A DNA stretch of 64,000 nucleotides, taken from Octopus vulgaris. Its lineage: Eukaryota. The position numbers and the translations under genes are program-made. This document shows, in pieces, positions 1 to 12,142 of the stretch (position 1 is its first letter; each line of letters starts with the position of its first letter). Under the pieces are notes generated by a model. That model worked only from the letters and a program-made list of their open reading frames with translations. It was not told the DNA's origin and made no database searches. Where the stretch lies: the NCBI GenBank assembly GCA_951406725.2, contig OX597814.1, forward strand, positions 204,414,001 through 204,478,000, in the 5' to 3' direction.

Positions 1-2
1 GT

Positions 3-146
3 TCTGGCAGTGTACCACGAGAAAATTCCAAATCCAGAAGCAGAAGTCGAACCCCTCACAGCCGGAGCTGTTCTCCAGAAGCATTGTCAGACCGCGGCAG
101 TAACGACCATAACGATCTCGAGCAGCAGGTGGAGGAGGAAGACTGA
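3..146 (+). CDS. C-terminal end of an RS-domain (SR-like) protein; 5' part outside window
   Basis: Frame 3 reads SGSVPRENSKSRSRSRTPHSRSCSPEALSDRGSNDHNDLEQQVEEED* (TGA 144-146). RS/SP dipeptides, followed by an A/T-rich UTR-like sequence with AATAAA at ~1044 and ~2874. Not in the ORF track because it has no start codon in the window. Confidence 0.6.
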   Translation, partial: SGSVPRENSKSRSRSRTPHSRSCSPEALSDRGSNDHNDLEQQVEEED

Positions 147-3100
147 AATGTTTGTAATTTGGAGACAAAAATCACACAAGAAAAAAAAAAAAAACACAGA
201 AAAGAAAGAAAATACAACCACAGCAGAAGAACACTGATATCTTGGCAGCAGGTGAGATGAATGGGTTAAAATTTATTGTAGTGGTTGACTGAAAATGATT
301 TTAAAAAAGAAAAAAAAAGAAAAGAAAAGGCTTAAACAATTTTTTCATTCATCACAAGACAAGCTGAACAGATATATATATAAAAAATGATGGTTTTTTT
401 TTTTTTTGAAAAGAATGAAAAAAAAAAAAAAAAAAAAGAAATCTCCAGCGAATGTTAAAACATTTGAAACTGATGGAGGTTTTTAAAGATGTTGGCGATG
501 ATGCTGAGTGTGAATGGCACCTTTTAAAAACCACTGTATACATTGGTGAGAGTTGCTGCTGTTGATGCTGTCTGCATGGTGTAGCTGTTCAAATGTAAGA
601 CTACTTTCTGATAATGTATTGACTTTTTTTTTTTTTAAAACATTTCCTTTATTTTTTTTCACTTTCTTAATTTCCATGGCCATAGCTTTTTACCTATAAA
701 AATGTGTTCGTCTGGAAGTATTTCCTCATTTTCTGCCCCCCTCCCATTCTTCATTATTATTATTATTATTACTACTACTACTACAGTTGGTTTAAAAACC
801 AGTTTAAGATGAAACAAAAAATCAACTGATTTCTTTTATAAAATGTCATCATGCCTGGCGATAAATTGTATTTTCGTTCTGATAAAAATTATGTGGTTTA
901 GATATTGTCGTCATGCTAGCTTTTTGGCTGGTTTACAAACTTAACTGTTTTTGTATCTTTTCATTTTAAAACTCAAGTTAAAAGTGACTTGAATGCATTA
1001 AAAAATATTTTTTTTGCTTAGTTTCTAAATGTTCACCTCATGCAATAAAAACACTTAAAATAACTCTATAAAAACAATTCCCCTTGTAGTCTTGACTTCT
1101 GAAATATATATATATATAAAGAAAAAGAAAAATTATTTCGATCATAATCATTCTAGAAGTTGGTTTCTCTAAATGTATTAAATTTTTTAATAGTTGGGTT
1201 GGTTAACTGTAAATTTGTTGTGTTGGGAAACCATATTGAACATTATTGATTTTTAGTTTCAGCCAGTGTCTGTTGTAGTTAAGATATTTGATGATGATGG
1301 TTTCTATATCTTTTTTTTTTTCCTTGCTGTCATTATTCCACAAGGAGTAGTGTCGACTACAACATGAACTGTGAGCAAAACCGACATCATCCTTCTACCG
1401 CCTCCCTACTAAATTTTAAACCCCTCTTCTGTCTAGATTTACTTGAGATGACAATATTTCTGTCTTGTGTTTTAGGGCGGAGTCAACTCAGACCCGGGGC
1501 ATGTTCCAGGTTCCTGTTGATTGCTGCCGTTTTGTTGCTGCTTTTTTTGATGCCTCATTGCATCTGCAGTTGGAAGTGTAACCTCATTTGGTGGTATCAA
1601 TTTAATATAAGTCTTAAGTTTTTGATTACTAAAAAACCGATTACAGTTTAGCATCGACTAGACAAACTTTGACGAGGGTACCCCCTGTCTCTTATTGTCA
1701 GACCATCCTTTCTGTTCTCAAGCAGTTTTACTGTAAAGGGACTTTCCATATTTTGGGCTATTTTCAAGAATCCAACGACATAATTGACAACCCTGCCTCA
1801 TGCTTCCATCCCCTCTCCCTCCCCATCTTGCTTCAAATTAGTTCTTGACTTTAGTATACAGTTCTGAGAATGATAATGATTATAATAAATCTGCCAATAT
1901 ACCCTGCTGCCGGTGTGGCCGTCCCTAATTCACCTACCCAGCCTACTTATATCACTGTTATTGTTTTTGCTTATCCTGTTTCCTAATTTAAATTCCTAAA
2001 TGTTTCTAAAACATATTTTTAAATCTAAATTTTAAATTAAATGTTGTAATTTGTAAATGACCTCCGAGTCATAAATCTGTTTAACCCTGTGACTAGGGTC
2101 AATTTAATATTGTTTCTTTACCAAATTTGTATGCAACTGTGAAGACCGTTAAAATTATTATCATGGGTGGTGTGGTCTATGCTGCAGGGGTATTTGCTGG
2201 TTGGCTGCGGTGCTGTTGTTGGTTGCCGTGTAGCTGGTCTGTAGCTGGTCACTGGCAGTGCTGATGCTGCTGGTCTTGTAGCAGGTCGGTGAGGAGGAGA
2301 GGAGGAGGAGGTGTCTGCTGTTCCTTACACAGCAGCAACTACACAATCTGGCTGCTGTCACTTGCACCAGTCTCCTGTGTGGCTGCAGAGCTCCCAATTA
2401 TTGTAATGCTGTTGGGCTGAGATAGCTGTGCTGCTGCTGCTGCTGTGCCGCCGTACCCCGCTCTCAGAATGATTTTAAACCCGTGTTGCTGCTGTTGCTT
2501 GGGTCAAAACAACCCGTTGCTGTGCTTCAGTCATTTTGATCCTTATTTCATAGGTATGTATTGCAGAATTTCTTTTTCCCTTCAATGCAGGTCTTTAAAA
2601 AAAAAAGGTCACTGGACTGACCTCTCTTACTGAGTGTCAGACCTCTCATTAGCATGCTTTTTCTCATGTTGTTAACAACCATTCCTCATGCACTGCAATT
2701 TATCTGCGGGTGCTGCTAAACCACGGCATAGGGTTTGTCTCTTATGAGATGAATTCTGGACAGGTTTGTGTGCTTAACCTGTTGTTGCTGTTCTGGTTGA
2801 TCTTGTCAAAAGTGTAAAACTAATTTTTGCTGAAATCATCACAAATTACTGCCATCTTGTGGTTTTCTAGTCAAATAAAATTGTGACAAATTTTTGCAAC
2901 TACAAAATCTGAAATGTAATCTGTAGAAGGCAGATGACTTAAAGACAGTTATTTTAACTGTTTGAATATATATTACTCTCAAGATGTGATGTAGCTGGAA
3001 AATGACTGTCTAACAGGTAAGTCTTGTCCTACCTGATCCTGATGAAGAGAAACAACTGTAGAGTCTGGTTTACCATCAACTGTAATTTCTTCATAAAATA

Positions 3101-5856
3101 CATTTTAACATACTGGTGTTTAGTTTTATTTATGCCATTCTAACACTTAAACACCATTAAGGTCATTTTTATTAACGGCTTTTCATTTTTAACTTTTGTT
3201 TATTGCAGTTTAGGGGATTGGTGTTAAAATGAAACGTTTGGGTGTTCTGGAAATTACCTCGAAATTTTGCTGGAGCTTTAATGTGTAAAAACCTTTGCTG
3301 CTGGGGCTGTCACTGCTTTTGAAGTTCAATAATCACTGAGGCAGAATGAAAATGAGTTTCTTGCTTCGATTTTAGGGATTCCAGAACCAATTCTAGTTTT
3401 TTTTTTTTTAAACATCTTTGCTTTTTTTTTTTTTTTTCTTCCAACTAGGTAGTTTTAATTTTTAGGTTTTATTCCTGGGAACCTCTAAATAGCATAACTT
3501 GTTTATAGAATCTCAGAAATACAAGAAGTTTTTTTCACTGAAATATGGTTTTATTAGCAAGATTTTTACATAAAACATTTAGTTAAATATTTATTAACGT
3601 TCTAAATCATTGCATTTGAATTTTAGGTATAATGTAGTGGGAAACGGTATTTCAGCTAAGCAATTATTACGGTCAGATACATAGAATAGGGCATGGGTTG
3701 ATGGAAAATATTGCGTTTGGAGTTATTTTAGACTGGAAAAATGTAAAAAAAAAAAAAAAATATCGAAGGTAAAAAGTTAATGATGACAACACTAACAGAT
3801 TTGAAGCTTGAATACGTTTGTGTGATGCAGAATAACTTGCAATACAATTTCCGTTTACACAAATTGAATTTGTGAATGTTCATATTTTTGTCAGTTAAAT
3901 CCTGCATGCATCCACAAGCGCCTATATTTTAAGTGCAAATGAAATGCTGTTACAGATATAACAGCTGAGGTTTAAACTGCTTCAAATGAGAAGGCTTTAT
4001 ATTGTGGATTGCATTTGATGGCATGGCTGGTAGTGTTACGTGCAATCACTGCAGCAATTATGCCAGGGTTGTAAAAAAGTAGCCATGTCAGTGTGACAAT
4101 GGTAGTATGAAAACTGGTTTATTGTTTGTGGTTGGTTCTATTTTTTTCTTTTCTTACTGTTGTTACTACCATTCCCTTTGTATCTTACATTGATACTTTT
4201 TACAATCTGAAATAAACTTTATGGTAACCTGACAAAACATTGAAAAATTAGTTTTCGTGAAGGATGCACTGTTATAAGAATAATTCTTGAGAAATTATTG
4301 TGAAGGTAAAGTATGATTCAAGGTTCCACGTAAGTCTGAAAGGAGAGGATACTGTGCAGGCTGCAACAGTTGAAGTTGACTTTTGTATCTTAGAGGTCTA
4401 CAACAAAAACAGCATTCAATAGCCTTGAAATAGAAATCAGCTATCCGAAATGCAGAAGTGTTTTTAGTTTTCCCTTTTCTGAAACTGTTACAGAAAGGAT
4501 AATGTAAACAATATGTTAAATCATTTAACTATAGATGAAGAGCACAGGTTTTTGCAAATCAGACATATTGAACATGGTGTATTAAGTATGGTTTCTGGGG
4601 AAGAAGAATTTGATGTATGGATGAGTACATTAGTTGGTTGTTTTTTTTTTTTTTTTTTTATAAATATAACCAGTGAAGCTGTGATTTATGGTGAAGGTAA
4701 TGTAACAGCTTCTTCCAGTTTAACCAGCTGTGGACTACTGTAAACCTTGCTGATATGGAGGTGAGCAACCTTTTAATCAAATCTTCCTTGGTTTCTGTAA
4801 TTATATTTTCACTTTATCCAGTCATTTAATTCCACTTGCACCACTACCATAATCACTTTTGGATTACGTCTTGGGTTTGGCTGGTTTACATCAACTTTGA
4901 TTTAACTAAGTGATTGCTGCACCGACGAAAATGCTATTGTCCAGTAATGCCTAATGCTGAAAGCTTTTTGCAACCACACAGCCTGTCTTTTACACCTTCT
5001 GCAGATAATGAGAATGATCTTTTGAGAACTTGGAATCAAAGTTACAGCTCTGGTTAGAGTGGATAGCTGTATAATTTTGAAGTAAAATCTGTTTCAGACA
5101 GATTGTATCAAAATAGTATAAGAGCTGTGTTACAAATGGAGTTCAAGTTAACCAATAGGAGTATATTGGCAGATTTTGTTTTTGAAGCTCTGACTTCACT
5201 ATATATGACGACCATACAGTGCCACACGTGAGGGTATACTGTGCCAGAAGAAAAGCCACATAGATACTGCAGCAAGGAATGATTGCCAATTCTGGTTTAC
5301 TTCAAGGTAAATACGCTTTTGTGTGGTTCATCAAGAGAAGGGAAGTTAATTTTTGAGTCCTTAATAAATTGGTATTTTACAAACTGGTGTTGCTTTATTT
5401 ATTTGTCCGTTATTGCAATTGAAAAAAAATTTTTTTTTTAGGATTTTGTGGTATGATCTAGTAGAAAATGCACTTCTTTTTTTGCTTTCTTTGCTTTTAA
5501 GGTTTGGAAAGGTAGTGCATGTTTAACATGGATTTATATAGAATTAGGTGTCTAGTCTATATGGTGCCTGGAGACAGTGAGATAAACTATTCCTGGATTG
5601 TTGAGGCAACAACTGCAGATAAATGACAAATGGAGTTAAATTAAGTTGTGCTGATGTCCTTGTGTGAAGTGAGGATTTGTGACCTGGTTGATCCAATTCC
5701 GCAAGTGTTGTGAATTGTCCAGCTGCTTTTAGTTTTGTTTTGGTATTTAATAGAGATTGTGTCATGTTGTGCTCAAATACAATCTAAATATTTGCAATGC
5801 AAGGTTCATGGGCATAGGAGAGCAGCAGACTACATTCAACTACAGTAATCATAGAC

Positions 5857-6468
5857 TCAATCTGAATTTGTCATATTGTACTTTGTGTTTTCCCATACTT
5901 GGATGGGTTTTGAAAATTGACAAAAGGTGGAAAGGAAGTAATTTTGAGATTTTGTTGCAGGACAAGGTTTTAACATGAAAAAAAAAAATTGTAGACTCAT
6001 AAATGGCTGTGTGGTGGAGATTTTCTTTTTGAGTGAATTTGCTTGATGGAAACCAAAAGCTGTTATATCCACACCATGTCTTGGATGTGCTGTAGCTGTA
6101 AGCAAATGGTGATCGGTATAAAGTTCATCCCTAATCTTCTGGAAAAGTATGCTCAACCATGGGAAAGTGTTGAATACAACCTGGTATCGTGACCAAGCAA
6201 GTCTACTTATACAAAGCAAAATTGGTTTCTGCTGTTCAGAAGGAAGAAACAAGAAAGGTTTGAAAATAGTTTTTAAAAGATTTCCATGCTTGACAGTTAA
6301 AAGTTGAAGACAGGACTTGTAATGCTCAGTTACTGAGACACTGAACTGGACAATAGAATCTATCCAGAGAATCCCTTTCATCTTCATACAGACGTATCCT
6401 AAAGGGAGCTCTGATGTAATGAGGTCATGGTCAGTTGTTTGCATTGTAACTCGCAAATCTCTGGCCAA
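5857..6468 (-). mobile_element. Possible ancient Tc1/mariner transposase remnant
   Basis: The ORF contains KGILWID...SVTEHYKSCLQ, loosely like mariner 'GILLIDYL...VN.EYY..L'. Very degenerate. Confidence 0.25.
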
Positions 6469-8589
6469 GGTGTTTTTAATGTCATCACTTCTGCTTAGGT
6501 GACAATTGATTGTAAGGTAAATTATGCATTAAGTTTTCCACCAAATCTTGAAATTCTCACCTGCTTATGCTATTATGTTAAAAGTTTGCATATTTGTTAG
6601 TCTGGCATATTCTAAAAAAGGTGTGTACCTGTCAACATGTTACAAGTAACTAGGACTCAAGCCATGTCTTAAGAAATAGTTTCAAAAGTGTTACCCTCTT
6701 TGTCTGCAATATATCTAGAAAGTTAAACTGAAAGAAAAGATAAAAATCTAACGATTTTGCATGTTACTATATAACAAGGAGTGTCTACAGTACAGCAGGC
6801 TCATCAAATGTTTTATAATTTGTGAAAGATGTAGGGAGTAGTAAAGTACAGAATCAAATCTTTGTTAGGCAGTGCATTGGAGCCATGACTGCTGTTAAAA
6901 GTTAAAATTTTGCATGGTGTGTTATGCCATTAATTTTAAAATTGTTCACTTAATAGCCATAACAATTTGCAAATTTTCATCACAGTTCCTGTGTTCTTTC
7001 ATAAACTACAGAAAATTTAGATGTGGTTGACCAATGTGCACATCTTAAAAACGGGTATGCAAAATGCCTTTTATTAAGCCTGGTAAATTGGGAGTTATTT
7101 GATATATAACAGGTGCTTATGAGAGGCCATCTTTGTTCAGAATTTAGTTCAAGATGAACTGGTTCGTGTTATTTAATATTTTCTAATGTGCAAAAACAAA
7201 CTTATTTCCTGACAACAATCCATATAGTTTTCTGGTCATTTGTATTCACTCAAGGTGGTGTTTATAGGGGGATAGCTTTAACAATTGAAAAATTGTCCAT
7301 ACTTAAGGCTTGCAGCTTGATTGAACATGAAGTGTGAAAGCAAAACCATTTGGTGGATCAAGGGAGTTAAGTTTGGAAAAGTCGACCACATAGTTCAATC
7401 TCCTGACTAATGTGAAATGTTTTATTCATTGGGAGTTTGTATGTCATGTAAAGTTGACAAATAATTACGAAACAAGTTGACACTGCACTATATTACAATT
7501 TTGATGCTTTATTGAGAAGGTCGCAAGATGCAATGAAGATTTTAGGAAATTTTTTACCAGTGAGTTAAATTATAAGGCGCAAAAAGAAAATGACTCACCA
7601 GACAACAGAAATACAAAAAATCTGTGATTTTGCATGTTATTGTATAACAAGCAGGCTCATCAGGTAGTAGTAAAGTTCAAAATCAGAAATCTTTGTTGGG
7701 CAATATTGAGAAATGTGTTGGAGCCATGACTAAACTACAGCTTTTTAGTTGGTGTTTCCAGGTGCAACTAAAAATACTTTGGGTCAGTTATAAATTAATG
7801 GTTGCAGGAAAAGAAAGACTAGATAGGAATATCTGCATGCATGGTGAAAGACGATATGAACAGCTTGAAGCAGCAAAAGAATATTAGACAGTAAGGACAT
7901 TTCATGATCCTATGGTTAGAAACTGACAAGTGACTTCATGCCAACATAAGTTATGTCCTTGTTTAGGGATGGGGTAGCATATACCAGGTGGGCCAAAAGT
8001 AGGCATACACTTAAAAAATTTTCAAATTCATTACAATTACATTTATTGAACAGTTTAATCTTGTTAATGCTCGATTCCTCAAATCTTTCCAGAACAGTTA
8101 AAATCTGCATCAATTTCAATAAAAGCTGAGATGAATTCCTTTTACTGTGTGGTATTTGGTATGGATATGGTGTGTGGACTTCACAAATGTTACAGTGACT
8201 CTTATCTCATTTTCTTCACTCCTTGACATCCAAATTTCAGTGCATTAACCATTGAATCTGTTTTTTCAAATTTATCTTAGTGGTGGTGAAGTGCCAAATG
8301 CTTCTCCATGCTGTACACACCTTGGCATTTCCAGTCTTCCACTGTATTTGCCATTATTCACAGTATCTGTAAAAGAATGAGTTAATTTAAACTGTATACC
8401 TACTTTTGGCTCACCCTGTATATAACCCAAGAATGGGGCTCTGAAAGTAATACAACCACGTTATGGGCAGATTTTATTAGGATTAGTAGCACTTATTTCC
8501 AAGGTATTAGTGATGTAAATAAGTAAATTATTTGAAGTTTCGTTTGGGATTCTGTACAAATGAAACTATGCTGTAATATATAAGAATAT

Positions 8590-8925
8590 AGCGTAGGAGT
8601 GACTGGTAAGTAGCTTGCTTACTGACCACATGGTTCCAGGTTCAGTCCCACTGCATGGCATCTTGGGCAAGTGTCTTCTACTATAGCCTTGTGAGTGGAT
8701 TTGGTAGACAGAAACTGAAAGAAGTCTGTCGTATATATGTATGTCTGTGTTTGTCCTCCCAACATTGCTTGACAACCGATGCTGGTGTGTTTACGTCCTC
8801 GTAACTTAGCGGTTCAGCAAAAGACATACTAGGCTTACAAAGAATAAGTCCTAGGGTCGATTTGCTTAACTAAAGGCGGTACTCCAGCATGGCCACAGTC
8901 AAATGACTGAAATAAATAAAAGAGA
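8590..8925 (+). mobile_element. tRNA-derived CORE-type SINE (representative; relatives at ~22120-22465 -, ~40240-40610 +, ~46065-46445 +, ~48595-48950 -, ~56445-56605 -, ~59840-60010 -)
   Basis: tRNA-like head (B-box-like GGTTCAGTCCC), CORE-like TGGCATCTTGGGCAAGTGTCTT, recurring body GGATTTGGTAGAC.GAAACTGAAAGAAG; many copies in window. Confidence 0.75.
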
Positions 8926-9179
8926 GTAACAAACTATGTGTTTTGACTTTTATAAAACTGCTTAAAAATATGCGATAGTCTTATAAATCAGGAATAGTTT
9001 CTTAAATTTTATTATTTGCCATATTAACTAATGGTATCCTTAAGTCAGAACAATTTTAATTAGTGATTCTATAGAATTATCTTAAATGGAAGCAGCTTTA
9101 CTCATGACCTTTGCTGGTACTCCTAAGATATAGTTGCATTCTTGAGCAGTTACAAAGCAGGAATGTTTGGATAAAGTTG

Positions 9180-9870
9180 CTAGTACCAGGTTTGGGGTGG
9201 TAAATAGAAGGGCCTGGGAGGGGATGGCATGATATCAACCAACTCCATGCAGCAGTTAGCTACTGTAGAAATAATAGGTGTCTAAGCCAGAGGATGGGGA
9301 ACAACTTGCATGGAAATCAAGAGGTGTTCCATTTTGTTTGTATTTATTTAAAAATAAAATTCCATTGTGGGTTTTGAGCTTTGTATAAAGTTGGTAACTG
9401 ACAAAAGCTGAAGTATTCTTTTATCAAGAAGAAGGCTAGTGTTTGGGATGAAGACTTTTGCTTTGTTGTTGAGGACATGGTATCACCAGTGATTCTGAGG
9501 CCTAGCATTTGTAGTGAAGTTGAGGAATTTAGATATGTGCTAGTCATAACTGGAGGAGGGGAGTTGCATTGTTGGAGACTAAAAGAAGGGAACTCAGGAC
9601 AGCTGTCTTTACTTTGAGGAACCTAGATATGCTTTCACTATGAGAGAACTGCTTGTGGAGCCGTTGTGGTTGATAAATGGAGGATAGGAGGACACTGCAA
9701 AGTTGGTAGAGATCATAGTAAAAAACCAGAAGGATTAGCTGCAGTTTGGGAGGTAAGTGTTTTGGAGTATGTGATGGATGAAGGTAGCTTCAATTTAAAT
9801 AAGGGTCATGCAGGAGTTGCATTGGAGAGTAAAAATTGTTCAAGAAGCTTTCACTTTATGGTGCTGGTGG
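9180..9870 (-). mobile_element. Degenerate L2/CR1-group LINE RT C-terminal remnant
   Basis: Minus-strand translation LQMLGLRI...KSSSQTLAFFLIKEYFSFCQLPTLYKAQ resembles non-LTR RT C-terminal 'ILGL...A.QKL.FL...YFS..QL.TLYKAQ'. Confidence 0.5.
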
Positions 9871-10769
9871 CCTGTAAAAAGTAGCCAGTACACTCTGTAA
9901 AGTGGTTGACATTAAGGACACCCAGCTGAAGTGAAGAAACAATGGAGCCTGGTATGACTCCTGTCAAACTGTCTAACCCATGTCAGCACCGAAAATGAAT
10001 AGGATGAGATTTTTACCAAACATTCATGGTTTATGTCCAGTTTGCAGCAGGTGAATCACCCAGATGGAATAGTGTGTGTTTTGTTTGTATATGAGATGCT
10101 TAAGATGGGTAGAAGACATTTTGGCATAGATGATTCAATGCTGACTTATTTGACAGATGTTTTAATGTTTCTCTTGTTCTTTTCCCCCACTCTCTGTTCA
10201 TACAATCATATTTTTCTATGTGTCTGAAGAGAGGGAAATCATCAATATTTAACACCCATTTTCCTTGCTGGCATGAGTTGGCAAGCCAGAGAGCTGCACC
10301 AGGCTCTAATTGTCTGTTTTGGCATGGTTTCTATGGCTGGATGTCCTTCCTAATGACAACCACTTTACAGAGTGTACTGGGTGTTTTCATGTGACACCAG
10401 CATGTGAGCTTTTTACAGGGCACCAGCACCACATCAGTCATAAATGTAACATCTCACTTGCTCCCAATCAGTGTAATTACTTGCATGTGCACGTGTTGCT
10501 GTCACTAAAACAGGTTGAATGGGCAGTCAGCCAAGCCAAAATAGCAGTGCCAGTTGTCTCATTCTATAACAACTTCAAATACCATTTTCTATCATTTATC
10601 TACCTGTGTTTGTGTATACTCATGTCTAGACATCACATGGTGGTTGTAGATGAGCATCATCGTCATACAAGGAAGACTCTTTGTTTTCAGTTATGGGGAA
10701 ATATTACCCTGCTTGGAAACAGGTGAGGATTGGCAACAGGAAGAGCATCCAGTTGTAGAGAATCAATTC

Positions 10770-11175
10770 AGGATGTATGAAAAATAGACTTCCTCAAATG
10801 TCAGCAGGGTGGTACTTAGAAGTAGCAGACAGTTTCCGTTACCTAGGTGACCAAGTTTGCAGTGGTAGCAGTTGATCTAAAAGTACAGCTGCTACAATAA
10901 AAATAGGCTGAGCAAAGTTCAGAGAGCTTCTTCTGTTAGTAACAAAAGGCCTCTCCTCCAGAGTGAAAGGTAGATTGTATGATGCCTGTGTATGGACTGT
11001 TATGCTACATGGGTTGTGACTGCTGAGGACATGTGAAGGTTTGAAAGAAATGAAGCCACTATGCTTCACTGGATGGGTAATGTCAGTGTGGATATACAAC
11101 AGAGTCTAAGTGATTTGAGAGAAAAACTGGGTATACAAGGCATCAGATGTAGTATGCAAGAGAGTAGACTGTGAT
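10770..11175 (+). mobile_element. Decayed RTE LINE RT fragment
   Basis: Aligns by eye to the RTE at 19000-19400 (TACCTAGGTGACCAAGT, GCAAAGTTCAGAGAGCT, TGTATGATGCCTGTGT) with frameshifts. Confidence 0.8.
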
Positions 11176-11624
11176 GTGTATGATTGAAGATGTAATCATC
11201 CTAGCATATAGGCATGTCTCTTGCAGGCTTGTGGGTGCTGGTCCTACATATAAAGCACTCAGTATACTCTGTAAGGTGGTTACCATGACGAAGGGCATCC
11301 AGCCATAGAAACCATGCCAAAACAGACATGGAGCCAAGCAGCTCCTGTTGAACTGCCCAACCCATGCCAGCATGGAAAACAGCTGTTAATGATGATGTAT
11401 CAGACCAAAGATTAAGATGCATAAAAGATTTTAAACTAGGAATAATCTTTCATCTTTTACCTGTTTCAGTCATTAGACTGTGGCCATGCTGGGGCATGCC
11501 TTGAAGAATTTTAGTTAAACAAGGATTTCTTTTTCTAAAGTCTGGTACTTATTCTATTGGTCTCTTTTACCAAACTGCTAACCTATGGGGGATAAACATA
11601 CACACACACACATATATATATATA

Positions 11625-12140
11625 TCGAATCAAATCGAACCAAATCAAAATAGATGAACATCAATGGAATTTGTATCCTTGTGGTACCAGTGCCGGTGGC
11701 ACATAAGAAAACCATCCGAACGTGACCGTAGCCAGTACCGCAACGACTGGCCTCCGTGCTGAGGGCACGTAACAAACACCATCCGAGCGTGGCCGTCCGC
11801 CAGCCTCGTCTGGCACCTGTGTCGGTGACACATAAGAAAACACCATCCGAGCGTGGCCGTCAGCCAGCCTCGTCTGGCACCTGTGTCGGTGGCACATAAA
11901 AAACACCATCCGAGCGTGGCCGTCTGCCAGCCTCGTCTGGCACCTGTGTCGGTGGCACATAAAATCACCCACTACACTCTCGGAGTGGTTGGCGTTAGGA
12001 AGGGCATCCAGCTGTAGAAACACTGCCAGATCTGACTGGCCTGGTGCAGCCTTCGGGCTTGCCAGACCCCAGTTGAACCGTCCAACCCATGCTAGCATGG
12101 AAAGCGGACGTTAAACGATGATGATGATGATAATGATGAT
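11625..12140 (+). mobile_element. RTE LINE 3'UTR copy with ~3-4 tandem ~62-bp units and (GAT)n tail
   Basis: AATCGAATCAAATC lead-in, repeated CACCATCCGAGCGTGGCCGT..GCCAGCCTCGTCTGGCACCTGTGTCGGTGGCACATAAAA, then the conserved tail GGTTGGCGTTAGGAAGGGCATCCAGCTGTAGAAAC...CCATGCTAGCATGGAAAGCGGACGTTAAACGATGATG. Confidence 0.85.
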
Positions 12141-12142
12141 AT

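Noticed and set aside
10-237. ORF-track 75-aa ORF
   Set aside because: Wrong frame; it runs into poly-A. Frame 3 gives the RS-rich C-terminus.
8590-8670. tRNA gene
   Set aside because: tRNA-derived SINE head without a full cloverleaf, continuing into SINE body.
11775-11965. HDV-like ribozyme (GGCCG..CCAGCCTCGTCTGG resembles HDV P3/L3)
   Set aside because: No P1 partner after P3 and no P2 or catalytic-C arrangement could be built.
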